A stretch of DNA of 44,804 nucleotides, taken from positions 1-44,804 of the IMG/VR virus record IMGVR_UViG_3300033150_001311; one strand, written 5' to 3'. Below, in pieces: positions 41,046 through 44,804 of this stretch. Position 1 is the stretch's first letter. Each line of letters starts with the position of its first letter. Under the pieces are notes generated by a model, which saw only the letters and a list, made by a program, of their open reading frames with translations, was not told the DNA's origin and searched no databases. The position numbers were made by a program, and so were the translations under genes. The DNA comes from a virus.

Positions 41046-41914
41046 TGGCCATTTTAGATGATTTGCTTTCACAATTTCAGCAGCAGCAGGAGGCTGCCCG
41101 CTTGGCAAATGAGCGGAGATACCAAGAGGGTCTTGCAATTTATGACAGAATCATAAAGCAATATGAGCCTGGCGGGGCTTTCCTTCAGGGAGTCGAGGCC
41201 CAGCTTCAGAGAGAAAAGGCCCGAACAGTTGCTCAGCAAACCCAGGACTTAGTGTCTTCAGGACTTTTTGGAACTTCTATACGTGCCGGTCTCGGCAAGA
41301 AATTCGAGGAAGAGATAGGAACTCCTGCGAGGCTGCGGGCACAGGATATCGCCTTTGAAAGACTTGCCCAAGCTGGGGTAGGAAAGGCTGGATTTATAGA
41401 GAGAAGGGAAGATGTTGGTCCTGACTACGGCCTTGTGGCCCAGCTTGCGGCCCAGGCCGCTTCTGCTCCGAGGACCCCAACATCGACTATTCGCGGTACT
41501 TCAAGTGCGGGTGGAAGGAAATCCTACGTTTCAACGACAAAACCCACTACGGGACTATTTGCCCAGAAGAAGACCACCACGACAGGAACAGAGTCTCCCT
41601 GGCGCGGGGCTTTTATCCGTGGAGTTAGTGGGGCCTATGCTGGGCGCGGAAAAGAACTTACCGATGCCGGATGGACATATATGGGGGGAGGAGATTGGAT
41701 GTGGAATAGGCCATATGCCCCTCCGGGATATGGGCAACCGGGCGGCCCGGCAGGACCTCCAGTATCCTCTGCGGGACCTTCCTATGTTAATGCCGCAACC
41801 CTTGCTCTTGGGCAGGGTCCAATTACGCAGGAGGCGGCAAAGAGAGAGGCAAGTAAAGCAGCCGATTTAGTAAAGAGTATTACTGCCCCTTATTGGAATC
41901 CTTACGCATTATAA
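41045..41914 (+). CDS. Virion protein with a helical N-terminus and a low-complexity Pro/Gly-rich C-terminus
   Basis: TAATG overlap with the upstream gene. PPGYGQPGGPAGPP tract. Confidence 0.55.
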   Translation: MAILDDLLSQFQQQQEAARLANERRYQEGLAIYDRIIKQYEPGGAFLQGVEAQLQREKARTVAQQTQDLVSSGLFGTSIRAGLGKKFEEEIGTPARLRAQDIAFERLAQAGVGKAGFIERREDVGPDYGLVAQLAAQAASAPRTPTSTIRGTSSAGGRKSYVSTTKPTTGLFAQKKTTTTGTESPWRGAFIRGVSGAYAGRGKELTDAGWTYMGGGDWMWNRPYAPPGYGQPGGPAGPPVSSAGPSYVNAATLALGQGPITQEAAKREASKAADLVKSITAPYWNPYAL

Positions 41915-41915
41915 T

Positions 41916-44529
41916 ATGGGCACCCCAAACCTTATACCAATTCCGAACCCGGACGACAAGCACGGGATAGTGCGGGCTTTGGCCAAACTGGCCTCGCTCA
42001 GACTTAACGCAGATTCCACGCCCACTTTCGCAGAATTAACTTTGACTGGACTAACCGCCTCCCGTCTGGTGGCTTCGGATTCAGACAAGGGCCTGTCCTC
42101 CGTATCTGATTTAACTGCTTGGATAGCAGGACGTATCTGATTTAACTGCTTGGATAGCAGGAACAACCGATGAGATAGAGGTTGCGGACGACGGAGATGG
42201 AACTATCACTATCGGGATTGCAGACCCCCTTATAGTGAGCAAGGGGGGCACCGGAGCCACCTCTTTAACCGACCACTCCCTGCTCGTAGGTTCCGGAACA
42301 GATGCCATCACTGCGTTGGGGGAAGCCACAGACGGACAGCTCCCCATTGGAAGTACCGGCAATGACCCCGTACTGGCGACACTGACGGGAACGTCCAACC
42401 AGATAAATATATCCAACGGTCCTGGCTCCATCACACTCTCCACTCCGCAGGATATACACACGGGCGCCTCGCCGACCTTCGTTGACATAACTCTCACTGC
42501 GTTTGATTCTTCGGAGACTATAGGCCATGTTCTCACTGATACTATAAATCCCGGAATCCTGGATGCCATCACAGTTAGCGATGACGGGGGTCGGGATATC
42601 TCTTGGACTGCCGGTGAAATCTATACGCCGAACGGAGATATTATCAGTACAGTTTCCGGAAGTTCTACTTGTACCGACAACGCCATCAACTATCTCGTAT
42701 GGAGCAGCGGAACCTCTCTGACTCTCCAGACTTCCCCGCCGTCTGACGGAGAAATAGGCATAGCAGAGATAGCAGTGGCTGCTGGGGATATCTGGGAGAT
42801 AGATGAAATCTCCATATTAAGTAGACTCTTATACGATATCCAGAGGGAACTTGTACGTACCTTCCCCATTATCGTGGAAACTGGACTGGTTGTTTCTGAG
42901 GATACGGACGCCACGAATGCTTTTGATGTTGTGTCTTCTGCCGGAGCCTACCATAGGGACATCAACAATCGGCATGTAGTTCCGCAGATATACTCAAGAA
43001 CAACTCCCATGAGGAGATGGTACCGCTCCGGCGGGGTGTGGACGAATGACACAAATGCGGAAATAGATAATACACAATACGACAACGGCACTAACCTTGT
43101 TTCCTTGTCTCCCGGAAAATGGACAAAGTCCCTGTTTCTCGTGTCTGAAGATGAGATACATTGGATTTATCCCCAAGAGGAGTTTAATAATCTGAATGCT
43201 GCCCTTGTTGGGGATTTACCGACCTTGCCCGGGGGACTGGAGGCTTTTCCACGCACTACCGCCCTCATAATGAAAGAGGGAGAAACCTCTTTTCCTCCCG
43301 CTGGGAGCGACAGGTGGATAGACGTGCGGCCTTTGTTCTCCCCTGCGGAAATAGTCTCCGCTCTTATCACACAGCACTCTTCTCTCGGGGGACTTACCGA
43401 GGACGACCATCCCCAATATCTCCTGGTTGATGGGACAAGAGCAATGTCTGGAGACCTTGACCTCGGTGGCAATGACTTATTGAACCCCGGGGTCGGACAT
43501 GACTCTTTTACAGATTTTGTTGCTAATGAACATGTAGACCATTCTACGGTAAGTATCTCCGCCGGAGGTATTCTTTCTGGCGGCGGGGATATTACTGCGA
43601 GCAGAACAATAAGTCTGGCCCAGGCAGATATCGACCACAACTCTATTACAAATACACATAACCTCACCACAGACATTGACCATGACCAATTGACCAACTA
43701 TGTCGCGGGAGAGCATTTCCTGCAAACAGACATAACAAATGTAAGCGCGGCCCTGTCTACTGGCCTGTTGAAGGTAACAACCGGAACAGGTGCCTTATCA
43801 GTTATTACGGATAATAGTGCTAACTGGGACGCTGCTTATACCCACAGCCAACTGATTTCTGGGAATCCCCACAACGTTACCCCGGCAGACTTAAGTTTGG
43901 TAATCGGAACAGACGTACAAGCATGGAGTGCAACTTTAGATGATTTGTCTGGAACTTCCGCCACTGCTGCCCAGCTTGATAGTCTTACCGACGGCTCAGT
44001 TATAAATACATTGCACCGGCATAATAAACTTGTGGGCAGCGACGGTTCCCCTGACCCCGCACTGTATGTAGACGCTGCCGGAAGAGTTGGTATAAATACC
44101 ACCAGCCCTGCGTGGCGACTTGATGTAAAATCCGTGGATACTTTTATTGGGCGTTTTATTTCCACCAATACGTCCTGCTGGTTTCATCTTACTACTGAGG
44201 GTCTCGGGGCGACGACCTCGGCGGGAATGGTCTTTGGGGTATCAGAGACTACTGGTGAGTGCTTTTTTGTGAATAAGCAGGCCTCAAAATTCCATATACT
44301 CACTGACAATACTATTCGATTCACGATGGATGGCAATGGAAAAGTGGGGATAGGAATCAGCTCCCCCAAAACAAAACTTACGGTGGAAGGAACTCTTACC
44401 TTAAAAGAACGGTCTGCCGCCGACGTGGATACTGCCGGTTACGGCCAGCTGTGGGTAAAAAATACTTCCCCCTGCCAACTCTGGTATACTGACGACACTG
44501 GAGTTGACCATCAGATTGCTTTTGTATAG
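41916..44529 (+). pseudogene. Tail fibre gene interrupted by a 31-bp tandem duplication (fragments 41916..42140 and 42235..44529)
   Basis: ORF 1 ends ...SVSDLTAWIAGRI* inside the second repeat copy. Deleting one copy fuses it in frame: ...SVSDLTAWIAG-TTDEIEVADDGDGTITIGIADPLIVSKGGTGATSLTDH..., giving one 860-aa ORF. The track M at 42235 is an internal GTG (Val) of that fused frame. Confidence 0.75.
42101..42162. repeat. Perfect 2 x 31-bp tandem duplication
   Basis: cgtatctgatttaactgcttggatagcagga occurs at 42101..42131 and again at 42132..42162. The flanking bases differ. Confidence 0.97.
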
Positions 44530-44537
44530 GAGGTCCT

Positions 44538-44729
44538 GTGAATATTTACATTGAATTGACAGATGACATGAAAAGGGCGGCCCGTTATCTGGGGTATACA
44601 AAGGAAGATATCGAGGCCGAGATAAACAGGCAATGTTCAGATTTCTTTGAGAATCTCATCGCACAGGCGAAACGCAAGTATGTCGAAAATAAAACAATGT
44701 TAGATATTGACCCTGAACCTTTGTCGTAG
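44538..44729 (+). CDS. Hypothetical protein (63 aa)
   Basis: GTG start with AGGAGG 4 nt upstream. The 3-prime end lies inside the terminal repeat. Confidence 0.5.
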   Translation: MNIYIELTDDMKRAARYLGYTKEDIEAEINRQCSDFFENLIAQAKRKYVENKTMLDIDPEPLS

Positions 44730-44804
44730 GAGTAAGCATGGGTATCAGAATTTCGTATGGAGATATAGGAGCTTACGCCCAGTTAGGGGCTTTGGCAGGA
44801 CAGG
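44691..44804. repeat. Terminal direct repeat, copy 2 (identical to 1..114)
   Basis: Exact 114-nt identity with the start of the window. Confidence 0.95.

Overview
This window is a complete, self-closing dsDNA phage genome. The first and last 114 nt are identical, so the unique unit is 44,690 bp. Genes are tightly packed, with many ATGA, TAATG and TAAAATG stop/start junctions and strong GGAG-type ribosome-binding sites.

Layout:
(1) A plus-strand packaging and virion module runs from about 24.7 kb, across the contig junction, to 4.73 kb. It holds the small and large terminase, portal, scaffold, major capsid, a decoration-like protein, tail proteins, a tail fibre and two large virion/internal proteins.
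(2) A minus-strand replication, nucleotide-metabolism and host-interaction module runs from 23.7 kb down to 4.87 kb. It holds a family A DNA polymerase, DnaB-like helicase, Toprim primase, SSB, PD-(D/E)XK nuclease, pentapeptide-repeat protein, Lar-like protein, secreted trypsin-like protease, MazG-like dNTP pyrophosphohydrolase, a nucleoside deoxyribosyltransferase-like protein and a metallophosphoesterase.
(3) A largely non-coding control region at 17.1-19.9 kb interrupts the minus-strand module. It holds divergent promoter-like motifs, two convergent micro-ORF operons with terminators, a near-consensus sigma70 promoter, a six-copy iteron-like array and an AT-rich palindrome.

I found no integrase, RNA polymerase, tRNA, CRISPR array or recognisable endolysin. 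No tail sheath or tube genes are recognisable, which fits a short-tailed phage but does not prove it.

Most notable observations:
- A promoter-proximal operon encodes two paralogous roughly 410-aa proteins. Each has a conserved N-terminal domain of unknown function (SCM[ST]G motif) and five tandem CxxC...CxxC zinc ribbons. The operon ends in an M28/M42-like peptidase carrying the same ribbon.
- A perfect 31-bp tandem duplication frameshifts the tail-fibre gene.
- A 30-nt promoter-like motif (GAAC-N16/17-CGTA[N]TAA behind an A/T tract) occurs five to six times upstream of operon starts.
- The small terminase frame has no canonical start codon where homology demands one; an AGGAG-N7-ATT arrangement is the best candidate.
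- Three paralogous HNH genes carry variable-number basic repeats, and there is a fourth, unrelated HNH gene.
- CGTTA repeats with 9-bp periodicity sit upstream of the late operon.

All functional calls rest on motif recognition by eye. No database search was run.
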